64,000 nucleotides of DNA from Laetmonice hystrix (Eukaryota): positions 17,670,001 through 17,734,000 of the forward strand of contig OZ249444.1 in assembly GCA_965235115.1 (NCBI GenBank), given 5' to 3'. The notes beneath the pieces are model-generated. The model searched no databases and was not told the origin of the DNA. It saw only the letters and a list, made by a program, of their open reading frames with translations. The position numbers and the translations under genes are program-made. Below, piece after piece: positions 27,601 to 42,600 of this stretch (position 1 is its first letter; every line of letters starts with the position of its first letter).

Positions 27601-30600
27601 GATACCCATGGGAATGTTGACGAAATGACTAATGCTCTTGAAAATGGTTTGAGGGTCCTTACACACCACACACACACAAACATACAGTCCAACGACCTTT
27701 TCTTCGCGTTTCTGTCACATTCGGCCAGCTCGGTTTCCCAGTAGGAGAGAAAGTAGGTCAGCTTCCTAGTAGTCTGGATCATCTCAACAGAAACATTGAT
27801 TTTCCGGACGTGGTCAAGTCACAGTATTGACATGTAGTAATCAGCTTGGCTGTGCGCTAAAGGGCAAAAAAAGAACACCATATTATATTGAACAAGCAGG
27901 TCTAATGACTATATAGGGCTGAGGACAAGGAGACAAATGGTGGAGATAATACATGTAGAACAGAAATCTGTGCTATGTCAAGAAAACAAGGAACGTAGGT
28001 AATATATCCTGCCTGAGTGGTGCTCAGAGATTGCGGTTTCAGGCCCACTCCCTAAAGAGGATAGGATAGGCTCTGTCCCCTGTCGGAGGGCCTAAACACA
28101 TACTCTTCCTAGAGAGGTTAGGCTAGGCTCTGTCCCCTGTCGGAGGGCCTAAAGACACTCTCCCTAGAGAGGTTAGGCTAGGCTCTGTCCCCTGTCGGAG
28201 GGCCTAAACACATACTCTTCCTAGAGAGGTTAGGCTAGGCTCTGTCCCCTGTCGGAGGGCCTAAACACATACTCTTCCTAGAGAGGTTAGGCTAGGATCT
28301 GTCCCCTGTCGGAGGGCCTAAAGACACTCTCCCTAGAGAGGTTAGGCTAGGCTCTGTCCCCTGTCGGAGGGCCTAAAGACACTCTCCCTAGAGAGGTTAG
28401 GCTAGGCTCTGTCCCCTGTCGGAGGGCCTAAACACATACTCTTCCTAGAGAGGTTAGGCTAGGCTCTGTCCCCTGTCGGAGGGCCTAAACACATACTCTT
28501 CCTAGAGAGGTTAGGCTAGGCTCTGTCCCCTGTCGGAGGGCAGACACTCTCCCTAGAAGAGGTTAGGCTAGGCTCTGTCCCCTGTCGGAGGGCAGACAAT
28601 CTCCCTAGAAGAGGTTAGGCTAGGCTCTGTCCCCTGTCGGAGGGCAGACACTCTCCCTAGAGAGGTTAGGCTAGGCTCTGTCCCCTGTCGGAGGGCAGAC
28701 AATCTCCCTAGTGAGGTTAGGCTAGGCTCTGTCCCCTGTCGGAGGGCAGACACTCTCCCTAGAGAGGTTAGGCTAGGCTCTGTCCCCTGTCGGAGGGCAG
28801 ACACTCTCCCTAGAGAGGTTAGGCTAGGCTCTGTCCCGGGCCCTGTCGGAGGGCAGACAATCTCCCTAGTGAGGTTAGGCTAGGCTCTGTCCCCTGTCGG
28901 AGGGCAGACAATCTCCCTAGAGAGGATAGGCTAGGTGCTGTCCCCTGTCGGGAGGGCAGACAATCTCCCTAGTGAGGTTAGGCTAGGCTCTGTCCCCTGT
29001 CGGAGGGCAGACACTCTCCCTAAAGAGGTTAGGCTAGGCTCTGTCCCGGGCCCTGTCGGAGGGCAGACAATCTCCCTAGAGAGGATAGGTTAGGCTCTGT
29101 CCCCTGTCGGGAGGGCAAACAATCTCCCTAGAGAGGATAGGCTATAGGCTCTGTCCCATGTTCGAAGGCCTATAAAGACACTCTCCCTAGAGAGGTTAGG
29201 CTAGGTTCTGTCACACTCTTTCTAGAGAAGTTAGAGTAAGCTGCGTCCTCTCGGTACCGGTAGTATTGTCACCAGGGGCAGATCCAGAACGAGAAGAGTA
29301 TACACCCCAGGTCGTCCAGTACAGGTCGGACTGGTAACAAGGCCCATTACTTTGTTAATCCCCTTTTGTAGGGGAGCAGGGAGGGAAAACGTGGCCCCTA
29401 TAGCCACTAAATTCCATGTCTTTTCTCCGTTTCTATATAGGACCCATCTAGTTTGGGGCACTTCCTGTTGTATGTGCCTTCATTAGCGACCTGCTAAAAC
29501 TGTGTCAGGTGGAAAGTTGTACAGATCGAGGAAGAATATATTTGCACTACAGATTTCCTAAAAACCAGCAATGCTCCGCAGTTCAAGCACAGGTATCGTT
29601 GACGATTATTATACGAAATATTTTACTATGCAACACAATGAAGTCAGAGCTGAAATATCTTTAAGGACATTGTCCAGTTGAAACATTTCATTTAAATTCT
29701 CCAGGAAACTGCAGAACTCCACAGTAATGGCGTAACGTCCCAAGTTAGCGGCATACGTTGACCTGTATAGTGAGTTTAACATCAGATAATGTCATGTGTA
29801 CACCTAAAGCGACAGGGTATTATAATCACCGACACCCTGTGTCAATTAACATAGATTATCTAATTATCAGCGTAGTAATAGTAATTAATGTACCGGTTTC
29901 TGTCTTTGTATGTCCGTTGATCTGCTCGGAGTGTTTGTATAAACCTGCTCATAACGTTTTCATCATTCTCTGCTCGTGTACCACCTTATCAAGCTCATAA
30001 CTCCGTCAGATTGCATGGCTTTGTTTTGTAAATATAATCTAGGAGTTTGTCGTATGGAAACTGGCTCTTTGAACCATGAATGAACAATCTATCTCTATCT
30101 CTATCTCTATCGGTCTAACTCTCTAGTCTGTAATTTGTCTTTTATATATTGGCCGGGAAGAATTGGGGTCACTCCACATGGTTTTGTACCCCGCGATGTC
30201 GTGCTTTGTTAATGACAAAGGGTTTGAAGTGAGCCGGAAACATGCTCGCATATTGAAATCAGCATGTGTCACCATTAAGGATGTTATCATTTTAATCCCG
30301 CTGTCAGGGTAGATTTGTGCGTGAATGTAGGGTTCAGTTATAGGCGAAGTGGATTTATGCAGGTTTAATGCATTCAGTGTTGCATACATTATTATAAAGG
30401 ATTTAAAACGGATTAACTCAGACCAATCGCCTTACGAATGTTAAAATAGCTCTTCTATGGGGGTCTCTGAGCTACCCCCTGTCTCCTACCATACACACAT
30501 TATTATGACACACCAAAGTAACTTTGAGCTGGAGTGAAAACAGTGAGAAAGAAAATACTACCATGAGAGTAAAAAACATAATTGTAGGTCAGCCGCGTAA

Positions 30601-33600
30601 GGTCCAGACAATTAAGTGAGTAGAGCTCGGTATAACATGGTAGAGGTATAGGGCTTATCTCATGAATACAACTGACGGGTAAAACATGCAGGGATGGAGA
30701 CTGATATAGATCGAGCTAGGGTTGTCTGCTGTGTTATACAGGTCTCACAGTTCATATACAGGTACAGAACCAGGAGATAATACAGTGTGTACAGTGTATA
30801 GAGGTCGTATTCAGGACACGTGTCATACACGTGGGCGAGTCGTTCAGTGCCTGCAATGTTAATTCTTATACAGGTTTAGGACACAAAAAGACAACAGATT
30901 TTACCTTAGACTTGTGTTTCCCTCGGAAAATGTTTTCCTGTGTAACATTTCCAGTTTATTTAGTTGTATAAGGAAGGGACGGTCAATTTTTTAAACCTCC
31001 TTAGGTAGCAGAAATTGGACAAGGTGGTGGCGTCCAGCCCCCCAGTCCCGCGACGTCGATCTGGTTGGATGTCTATATTACTGGTATAATGTTGTTTCCC
31101 TCACGATACCCTTCGATCAGTGCCCTAAACCTATGATCCGTTGTTTGGTTACAGACTATGTGATGGGTGAGTCTGGATGTTCGCTGACGGTACTGGACGT
31201 AGCGGACATCCTCCAGGCTCGGTATGCACTCATCTCGGGCGGCAAGACAAGGAACGGTTCGCCTATCATCACCTTCCCCGACAACCCGACCTTACCCGAG
31301 ATCAGTGACGACCAGTACAAGGCAGTCGTCGACTACCTCACCTCTATACCCACGTACGTTCTCACTACTCATTGCTCTACAGCTCTACTCACTGGCGGAT
31401 CCGGGGGTGGTGCTGGGGGTGCACACTCCCCCTCGCCCCAAGTGCCCTTTTCTCTCACCCAAGTGCCCTTTTTTGGTTTGCAAATTGGCCTTTTCCATAT
31501 AGCACTCCCCCTTCTTGAAAATCCTGGATCCGCCCCTGCTACTACTGCTACTCCGTTGAATTTAGGCCATTTTGAATTCACTAGTTCAGTCCTACGTAGA
31601 TTAGTATTCTTCATCTATGTTTGTCATGAGAGATGTTGTCCATCATTGATTTGACTGTACTGTAATGAGATACAGTAAAGCGGCTAGCGTTTGTTATGAG
31701 TAAATGATAAAGTTGACATAATTTGACAACCAGCTTGGTTATAGAAGATGGGTTAAACCGTTACTTGGACGTTTCTGCCGCAGGTTACAGGAAGTTGACC
31801 TTGGGTTTGCACTGGTTGTTGACCGACGGCAATGTGGCTGGGGCGCCGTCAAGACCATGCTCCTCCGGATATCGGTAAGTCCTACACCATTGGTCTCAGT
31901 ATATAGCTTGGAAACGTTGAGAAAGTGGGTGATAACCCCCCCCCCTCCAGCCACATGGCTATCCCTTTGTTCCCACCACCTGTCTGCCTTGAATGAAATT
32001 GCATTCCAACTAGTGCTGACCGCTACATGTCCATGGCGAGTCTCCCCCTGCAGAGACTGGGACTACGCCAGAGCCCCCTGGTGGATAGTTAAGATACCAT
32101 CGTGGGCATAGATACAGATCTACCGTTGTCGTTGGTAAGGTGATAAGACTAAGGCATAACACTTGTAAACTGTTATTAAAAACATGATAAGAAAAGCGAA
32201 ACCCATAGTTATAAAATGCGATATTCCCTCCTTAGATGTCCTTTTTCTCTGGTTAAGAAACGGTAAGTTTGGTAATGAGATAATAATATTTTTTATTTGT
32301 TTTCTACCAGGGTTCGTTCCCAGGCCTGGTCCAGGAGGTGTTTGTTTTACGACCTTCTGGGTTCCTCCAACGAACCTTTACAGACATGGGATTCAAGTTT
32401 GTCAAGGACGACTTCAAGTTCAAGGTCAGTCAGTGTTAAAAATCTCGGTATGTAATTTTGGGGGGAAACAATCAAACATGGCTAAATTACTACATGTGTA
32501 AACGTGAATGTGTTAAGTAGAGTTTAAATGTGTTGATTTGTTTACTGCGTGTTTCTACCTACCAGCTCTGTGTGCGCCGTATACCACTGCAGGTGGTTTT
32601 ACCATTTTGTTTTCTCTGCCCGCCACCAGATGGTGAAAGCTTTTGTTTCCTCTACACGCCGCCAGGTGTTGATATATTTTGTTTCCTCTACCCGCCGCCA
32701 GGTGTTGATGTGTAGCAGTGTCGAGGAGCTGTACGACGCCGTGGCCCCTGACCAGCTGACAGAAGACCTGGGCGGTACCATCACATACAACCATCATGAA
32801 TGGATACAACACCGAGCCGTAAGTATTAAGCCTTACCATTCGGTACATACCATTTCACATAGATCAGTGACTGCAGATTGGTGCTGCCCTCTACCGCAGG
32901 AGGCGTGTATTACAGTCTGCGCCTATCTATTTCATACCGCACTCGATGGCGTTTTTATCACAGGCAGCAGTTACTTCAAGGATATCAGTTCATTACAAAC
33001 AAACCACTTTTACTTGACGACGCCTCGATTCCCGAGCCGCCTTTCACTGTTGCAAATGCTTTTGAGGTCTTTGCTTTTGTTGCAAGTTGTGTTCCCGAGT
33101 AGATTATGTTTTTCTTTCAAATATGGTCCTTGAAAAAAACCCGCCATTTGAAAGAATGCTTTATGTCAGGGATTCAAATCAAAGTAATTATGTAGAGAAC
33201 CGGACGGGCAACACTTACATACCATTTCGGATGTACGTGTGTCAAATAATCCTTGCCCTGAGGGGTTCGTGCAGTTATTACAGACAGATTGTATCAGATT
33301 ATGTTGATTACGTTCTCACAGGCATCCATTATGATGTGACATGAGTTTAATCCACGCATGCAATAAATATAACAAGAAACACGACAAGGATGAGTACAGG
33401 ATTTTGTACTTTTATATTTTAATCCCCCTCAGTCTGTTTTATAATTATTATATTAGTGTGTTGGGGTTGGGGGTGATGAGGGAGGTCCATGTTTTAGGTA
33501 TTGGAGGTAGCGCCATGTATAACACAATGGTCTCCCTGTGTTACCTTGACACCGTACAATGTACTTCCTGCTCAATGTTTACCAGCAGTAATTACCACCC

Positions 33601-36600
33601 GCTATTAGACATTGATCCTGTCCATGTGCGCGCCACACGGCAACAGTATTAGAAAGGAAAAGTCATGGGTAACGTAAACCAAAATAGGCGAATGAATAAA
33701 CCATGATCAGGGAGGGGACACCTTGAGGATGGAAGCATGAATCAGTATAAATGATGGTGCTATTGTTCCGCTGACATACATACCCAGCGTGGAGGTTTTA
33801 AATTGAGACCTGAATGTTGAAAGGACGCCGTTATATATCTTGTGTCGTCGTTGATGCGGGCTGCATGCCTCAGGTAGGTGGGATGAGACGTGGGTTTCCC
33901 CATCATCAGGCGTGTCGTCTACGTCTGTCTCACCATCACCTGACTCGGTGCAGACACACCGCCGTGTGAAGGCTGAGGAGGTGGAATATCATGTCGTTTA
34001 TTAAGACGGACACCCTGGGCTGTTACTGAGCTGGGCAGTGGTCCGCACCGTATGGCAGAGCGTGACACCTTGGGTTAATGGAACGCCAGCGTCTGACGTT
34101 ACATCTCATGGAAGTGTCGTCTGCTGAGGTGAGCATGACATTGAACAAGACAAGGTCATCGCACTTATACACATTGTATACCGAGGTCTGCGGTTGGTAT
34201 ATCTCATGAGAAGGAGATATTACGTGGCGCCACCTGCCGTCACTTTGATACGGTCAGGTGAGGTTGTCGGGGCATCCCCAGACAGGTGTAAGGTATAGGT
34301 GGGTGTCTGGGAATCACTGACATGTCATATATACTGTGCGTATTGTCAACTTGTATTAATATCCTTTCTCTCCGCACTCACTGTAGGAATCTTTTGTAAA
34401 AGTACCAAAAGTTCTCCAACTATCGGACAGATATGGCTATATGATCAAATCAATAAAAGCCTACATATGGTGTTGGATCGTGTCAAGAATGGAAAGTGGA
34501 CACCCCGAGCTACTCCTCGGAACAATCCCCATATACACACTCAGATAAGGAGAAGGGTTTAACACTGACAGTTGGAATTGAAGGCACCAGTTTCGAGGAA
34601 CACCAGGAAGCCGTTTACTGATCGATCAGAGAGAATATATAAAGGTTTTCAATGTCAGGAGAATTGGTTGACCGATATCCAAGAGTTATGTAAACCATTG
34701 TGTTATGAGTAGGACCTTATACTTGTGATGAACAATGCCAAGTAAGCTTTCCTCACACCAACACCAACAGTACCAGACTGTAACTGATTATATTTCCTCA
34801 CTGTGAAATGTTTGCTTTAGACGCCAGGGAAAAAAACGAGAGAGAAGCTGTGATCAATGCCCCCCCCCCCCCCCCTCCTAACTGTATAATATAGATGTGC
34901 GGCGGAGAGCTAGACTTCCATGATGCTGAGTACATGGAGGTTTTACATGTCTGATCCACTTGGCTATTGATCAGTCAGGTGATGGAGCTTAGCCCCATCG
35001 CCGTGGCAACAGGCTCCACCCACCCTTTGACCCAGCTGGCAGGTTGGTCCACTGAAACCAGCCGCCTTATTCAGACCATGCCTGGCTGGTATTGACCAGC
35101 GCCGTGGAACCGAATGAACCGACAGGTGTCTATAAAAATGTAGAACGCTGGAAGTTTTGACGTCCAGAGCGTTCCCTGGGTGTATGTCCGGTCCTGCAGG
35201 CGATCACAGCCAATGTTTGCCACGTCACGTATATGGCCATAATCAAAAATCGTGCAAGTTCATGTTTCCATGGCAACGTGCATGCTTGGCCAGCCACATG
35301 GGCTCATCAAGATGTGAAAATTTAATTCCAGTTCTCCTGCGAACGCTAGGCAGGGACGCAGCGGGACGTGTGTAATAGATCACGCAACCAAGGGAAGGTT
35401 GATTAGGTCGAGTTTTGAGTGGACTACTTGTGAGGAAATCCAGGGAATTATAACATAGGAATGTGGCAGTGGCGGTACTGAGTGGCGCGATATGGAGTGG
35501 TGTGGATACAGGCTGTAAGAGAGCATGACTAGCGGCCACGGTCAGTGCTCACGGCAGGTTGACCGGTGTAAGCGGTGGACGGTGAGGGTACGTGACGGCA
35601 GGTTGTGGCGGACGGTGGACGGTGAGGGTACGTGACGGCAGGTTGTGGCGGCCGGTGGTGTGGGGAGACTGGCGTCAGTGTTTGATCTCTGTCACTGTCA
35701 GTCATCACTTGATGGTTCACTGAACCATCACCAAACATTAGCACACTCTGCCCGTCCAGGCGTGGTTCAGGAACACCATGTTCTGACTCGTGTGAGGTGG
35801 GTAACAAAGTTTTAGTGAAACCGACGCCTCGGCTTTATAAACTCCACGGATTATAAATATACCCAGCAGTGGCGACGAATGCAGTCGACGAGAGTGTTAA
35901 GTGTGCAGGATTTATACAATTGAAGGTAAGGATAAAACCCCAAATGGAGTGTACCTTTATATTGATATCGACCAGCCCTGACGGATTGTATGAAATGTTT
36001 GTTATTACTGTGTGCGCGGTAACCGCCGGGTGGGTACAGTATAGGGAGACTGTGGTTGCCGGGTGTTCACTCGGGCGGCGGGGGAGGGCTGATCTCTCCG
36101 ACTGACCGGTTTTAGATCCGTCATAATCGTGTGATGATGGTTGCATCTATCATTGTGTGTGGTTCACTTCACCCAATCGATTATTTCATGGGAAATTCAG
36201 ATTATTTGGAGTGCTGTAGGCGAGTTTCTATCATCTCATGCTTACTGCTGTGGCCTATAATCTGGTGCCATCACACAATTTCAGATGGGTTCCCTACACG
36301 CGATTGTGCAGCTGGGCGTATTAAAGATTGCTTTACCCTTTTATATAAAGAGAATGGGATACTGCAACCTGGTTCCAGTTCTCCGCCAGAAGATAACATC
36401 TTGTTCCCAATGCACAAAAACCCACCAGTTCCTTATTCTAAAAGAAAAGGAAAGTTAACTCCGTGGACATGGGAAATATTTTACATGCTGCATGTTGCCG
36501 TCCTGTCGATTGGCGACAACTCCGCCCAATATTATAAACAGCGACTGATACCAACCTGAACTCCTATACTTGAATTAAGTTTTTCTGCCAGTGGAAAGCT

Positions 36601-39600
36601 CTCAGATATAATGTCAAAATTATTATTTATATTGATACGTATTATCATGCGCTTTGCACATCTGTGTATTTAGCACATGCATGATTTTGGGTCATATATT
36701 GAGTGTTATTGGGAATATGATATAAGTGATTACAAGCGGTTTCATCCTGTGACGGCTGCCACGTGTTCCTCTGACTCAGCCTCCATAGTTTATCTGCCCG
36801 GGCTGGCCCAGGTCAAAGGCTAGGAAAATAGATTATTGACACAGCACCATAGGTATACAGCATAACTTTGAGCACCAGTATATTAATGTATTGTCCTAAT
36901 GGGACTCCGTACCGTGCTCACTGCGCCTTTGTTGAAACCGTTCTAAAAGAAACAAAAGTTAAGCCCTCAATGAAACCAGTAATTAGCTTTAATCTTTGGC
37001 CCTTTGTTCCCTGTCCTTTTGTGGTACGACTTTAATTACGTCTGGCACTCGACCGCCAACAGTGCCATGTCGGTAGGGGTGACAGGGGAGTTTGCTTTGG
37101 CGATTAGAATTATGTAGTTATATTTATAAATCCCAGGGAAGCCCCTAGCCATGAGGGGCTGTGAGTGGGGTCCGTTAATATGTACATAATGTACACCCAT
37201 TGTTAACTCTACCTGGTATGTCAGTCTGACAGAATGTAGTGAATCAGATGGGGTAGTGGGTGCTGCAGAGTCAGGTACGTGTAGATTAGTCTGATAAGAA
37301 CATTGAGTAACTTTTGTTTACCTGAGCCAGATTATGACAAGGATTATTGGTTAACGTTGGTAAATTGATCGCCCACGGGATAAGTGTGATCAAGAGGTAG
37401 GCTTGTGAAGGTATTACAGCAGTGCGTGTGAAAAGTTGCTTCATATAACTAGTTATAATAATGTTTGCCCCGCTAATTGTTCTGCTTCACTTTACACTTT
37501 TCACTTCACAGTAATTGTGCTTCACCTTTTGTTGGTAGGGAAAAGACGAATTATCTCAACAAGGTTTTATCCCTTTTTTCTGTATTTGTTAAAAGAGGGG
37601 AACATCTGCCACATGAAATTATGGTATTATATAGTATGGGTGTGTGAGATGTATCCAATTGATGTTCTGATATAGCCATTATATTGGTACAGACAATGGA
37701 GGCACCCTTGTTTGACTGTGTGTACTTGTGACGTGCTGGGGCGAGGGGGTCGGCACTGTCACGGCAGACTGACGTCACGTGAAGCCGACGGACATCTAGG
37801 CTTGGCCGCGCCGACGGCAGTCCTACCTCAGTGAGGTCCTGGCACCCACAATCAGCCACACGCATCAAACACGGACACGCACTGGCTTGGTACCACGTGT
37901 ACCTCATATACAGTACATGAGGCTGCTTTTACATCTTTATGAGATAGGCATGAAAATTATGGCAACGCAGGTATTTTTATTCGTTAAGTTTGCTTTGATA
38001 CTGGCATCGTTAATTTTTATGCGATTTATATTTTGTTGTTGGCATGAAGGAATTTTAACAGTTCTAATTTTATCACATTACATCCCGATGGGAGTAACTA
38101 TTATTAGTACTTTATTCAAGATCAATTTAATATATGTAACTTAAATTGTTTTTTTTTAAAATAAAATACAAAAGGAAGATATGCTTGATATTAGATTAGA
38201 CCTTTTGAAATGTGGAGGGGGGGGGGGGGACATCCCACGCCTTGCTAAAATACCATGCTTATAGTGCCATATCTGTTGTTCACATATTATGTTTATGTGA
38301 CATGCTGTGTTTATGTGACATACAGCATTTAGAAAATCAGGGGGCTTTTTTAACAAAGAATTGAAGCTATTTTTGCTTTTTAAATATTAAAATTAAGTGC
38401 TTCATTATGGATACGTGTCTTTCAACTACCGTTGCATTCAGGTTAGAGAAATATAGACTGTATCAATTTTGTAGCTTCGAATTGCCAGAAGGGTTAAAGA
38501 GGTCATATTCATGACAATACTGGTGAATTCGTGATTAGTTCTATATTGTCCCTTGCACAGGTCAGGGTGATATTACCGGGGGACACAGGATATTGGACGT
38601 GCGTCATCACAAACTTAATAGATGACAGAGGTAGAATTACAGCGTCGTGGGCGTGCTTACACGGAGAACTTTGGAGAACTGCAGTGAACAGTGAGGCCTG
38701 CAGAACGCCTTGTACTGTGTACGTCTATGATGGTTTGTTGTTAGGAATGTGTTGTGGATGAATTGATCAGGCAGTCTGTAGTCTCTCAGTTAGTAAATGT
38801 TGACTATTCGTGGTGTATTGATTAAAGTGCACGCTCATGAACACACCTGTGACCAGGCATGTGTCACAGACTGCAGACTAGGCGTGGTACAGTCATTCTC
38901 CTGTCCATCAATATGTCTGTCTGATAAATCCACCTGTCCATCAGTGGCCTATCATGGATAGAAATACTCGGTCGGTGAGCTCCTTGGGTTCCCATCCGCT
39001 AGCAGTATGTTTGGGTGACGGTCAAATTTTATACCAAGATCGCTTTGTATTAACGGGAACGGTAGTTAACTCTAGCCAATACGAGTTGAACAATATAGCA
39101 GTCTTCTGAAAGTACAAATGTACACCCAAAATGTCAGCACTAAAACCATATGAAAATTTCGAAGGGTATAAGGGGTTCTAGATATCGTAGGAACGACAGA
39201 ATGGGTTTGGATGTACGTTTGACGACAGAGTCGGGATACATGAATGGGTTTGGATGTACGTTTGACGACAGAGTCGGGATACATGAATGGGTTTGGATGT
39301 ACGTTTGACGACAGAGTCGGGATACATGAATGGGTTTGGATGTACGTTTGACGACAGAGTCGGGATACATGAATGGGTTTGGATGTACGTTTGACGACAG
39401 AGTCGGGATACATGAATGGGTCGGGATGTACGTTTATCTGATAGAGAAACATCTACTTTGGTTTAAGTACTGGGGATATTGACACCTGTTTACTCTGTTG
39501 TCTAGCTCGGTAGCTTGTTGCATAACAACACATCCAAGGTTGGAAAGGATGATGTCGTCGCGTCTTTGTCGCCATGGTGATACCGGTCAGGGTCAGAAAC

Positions 39601-42600
39601 GATCCATGTAAAAATCCTAATTAGACAGTACTAATCAGTGCTGGGGGGGGGGGAGATTACTAATGAACAGAATACGTAATCGTGATACGTACCACATCCA
39701 GTTTGTTTGAAAGCAGACTTTGAATGAGACTTCTCATTTGACTGTTTCTGATGAGGATAAATAATAAATCCATTTGTAGTGGGTTACAGAACCTGGTGAT
39801 TGTTATTATTATAAAATGATTTGTTTTTACAGCATATCAAAACGGGATCTTTTATCATATTCATTCCATCTTTATGAAAGTAGAATACTAAGAGAAAGGA
39901 AAACAAAAGAGTCGACCACAAAAGGAAGCGGGGACAAAAGTGTATGGAAATTGATGATTGTTTTGAAGATTTCAGTAACAGCAGTCCGTTCTCGTCTCTC
40001 TCTCTCTCTCTGTGATCTGTCTCGCCCCCTCCCCTCCTAACGACAACCTACTCGGTCCGCCTTGGCTGATTATATTCTCTCAAAATAAGGCTGATCTTTG
40101 TATGGGTCCCCACCACTACTCGCTAGCTCGGCCGTCCACACAGGGCGTGGCGATCATTGAGCCACTTACAAGGCCTTTGATTTAATTTTCCGGTGACTGA
40201 TAATGAAGGGATGGCCGCGCTAAGTTGACGCTTCGATCACTCACTCACTGGGAGATGGGCAGGTTGCTGAGGCTGCGGGGAATTATAGAGACATCGGCTC
40301 GGGTTGCTACGGCGACAACCTCTCCCGAGGCACCTTCCTGGATCTGGCAAGGACAGCCCGACCTGTGATGATCAGGGTGCTGGCCTGTAAGGTTGCCCAG
40401 CTGGCAGTGCCCCTTGTAAAGTCAAGCGTCTAAGGATGCAGCTAGTGTTGTTGTCATGGGGACGTTATCTGCTAGGAAAGGATGGTTTTGAGGAGATTGG
40501 CATGACAGGAGTTTGCAGGTGATAAACGTCATGATGTACGGTTGTGACAATGAGCGGCAGCGGCTGCAACAGCTGTACTCAGTGGAGGAGAGTGAACGCA
40601 AGGTCAGTGGATGGCTTTATCTTGAACATCTTGAACATCAGTCAGCATTGTAAACGCTTCATTTCGGTGCATCATAATCCAACCTATAACATAAACAAAT
40701 GTGTAGGAGGATTAGTTGCGGAGAAGGGAGAACGTGTAATGATATATAGAGATTGAATGGGAAATATACAAGACATTGAGGATAAATACATGGGTTCAGA
40801 TGTGAACCTCACTATGGTCTCTCAGCTGTGGGCTCGTTTTTATCACCGAATTCTGATCTACAACAGTACCTGAAAGGATTGGATGGAGATGTGATTATTT
40901 CTGGCAATCATATCATACAAGTGTATGTTGTGATTTCTCCTGTTTGTTAATGAAGCGGGCGGAAGGAATTAAACATTATGGCGGTACGTATTGAGTTAAC
41001 ACTATACCCTGTGACAAAAGGTGTGCAGAGGTTTGTTTCTTAGACCGGCATACCCTGGTGATTAAAGCTTTATCACAATAGGCTGCCCAAGGATGGGGGC
41101 ACGCGGTCAGTTGCTCGCCGTCAGGTATAGTGAGGGCCCCCTAGACAGGTGAGAATGCTTGGGGCGTTGTCTTCTCTCTATGGATTGTAATCCAAGATGT
41201 GAAAGCTCTGGTAACCAACCACGGGGAGACTGGGCCGAGTGTCGAGTTCATCACAAGGAGAGTGTGTCTACTGTTATATTCGTGATTATCCTCAGTTATC
41301 ACAGACAGTGCGCGTTGTCGGGATTTGTCCTATAGTGCTCCTTTTACCTGTTGTTGACGTCTGTGGAGGTCAATGGGTTGTGAAGAGTTGTTGGATTAGG
41401 GAGTCCATGGTCAGGGCATGGTATTCCCACATGTATTCACTTTACTTCCAGGCACTACGGGACACTGAGCCGCCATCAGTGTATTAAAGGACACCAGGCT
41501 TTACGTATTATTGTATTTACGTGCCATTGTATTTATACGTGTCGGGGTAAATGGCGCGTACTTTCAGACAAAAGGCGAGCAGACATCTTGTACATAGCTT
41601 CACTGGTCGGATGTATTCCCCAGAGTCATCAGGCTCGTTGTCCCACATGTTTTGGAAATGATCCCCATACTGACAGGCTGTGTTTTTTTTTTTTTTTTTA
41701 GGCCATAGAGAAGTTTTCCGCAAACACCAGCCACATTGGGCAGACACTGCGCAATCTGTGCCAAAGACTGGCCGAGGTGGAGTTTCCCAATGATGTCCAG
41801 TCAACAGAAGCATTGATTGAGGACCATGAACAGGAATGGCGAGAGGTAAGTCCAGTGTCCCCCATTATTTTTATTAGTAATGTATTATTTCCCTTTGCTT
41901 TGTTCCACCACGCCGCTGTTTGACCTTTACGAATCATCCCCTCCTAATGGACTTAGACGTTGACACTGAGTTTAACACCAGATGGCGGTACTTGACACCA
42001 AGGCAATAACCCGCGGGCTGGAAGGACAGCGCCAAGCTTCTTGTTGTTTCATGTTATAGGTCTCTTTGGTCATGAATCATGTATAACTGACAGACTAAAG
42101 TATATCAAATGTGTACTGCTGTCCATGGTTGAGCCTTCAAAATGATTTAAAGGCTGGACTGAGAGAGAATCAAATTGCTACATCAGTGTCATGTTAGATC
42201 CGCTGTTACACTACAAAGTGTCCAGTTTGTTGTTTGGTAGTGATATCTCCATGATAATAGATATGAAAACACACACCTATTGGATATTGTTGCACGTAGA
42301 TCGTGCACTCACCTATTGGCTATTGTTACACGTAGATCGTGCACTACCCACCTATAACGGGTCCGACAGCAATGGTCAATCCCTACTTTGTAATACTTTA
42401 ATTCCGTGTGTAACTCCTAGATTAAATGTTGCCATACCCTCGGTAGGCCTGTAAGTTGTACTAGGAAGGTTTTGATTTGTGTGTTGTGTTAGCCATTGTG
42501 GGACCCCCAGCCGTGGCAAGAGTGGGAGAGTGATTGTCTCAGTTTAAAGTGGGTTATACAGTTGGCAGGTAATCCGCGGTAATTTTAGGGTATGAACCGA

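Noticed and set aside
33814-34292. Two more phase-0 ATG-donor candidates (33814-33873 and 34206-34292)
   Set aside because: Short, no coding bias or promoter support; within what chance could produce.
36131-36559. 142-aa plus-strand ORF
   Set aside because: No recognisable domain and no phase-matched donor.
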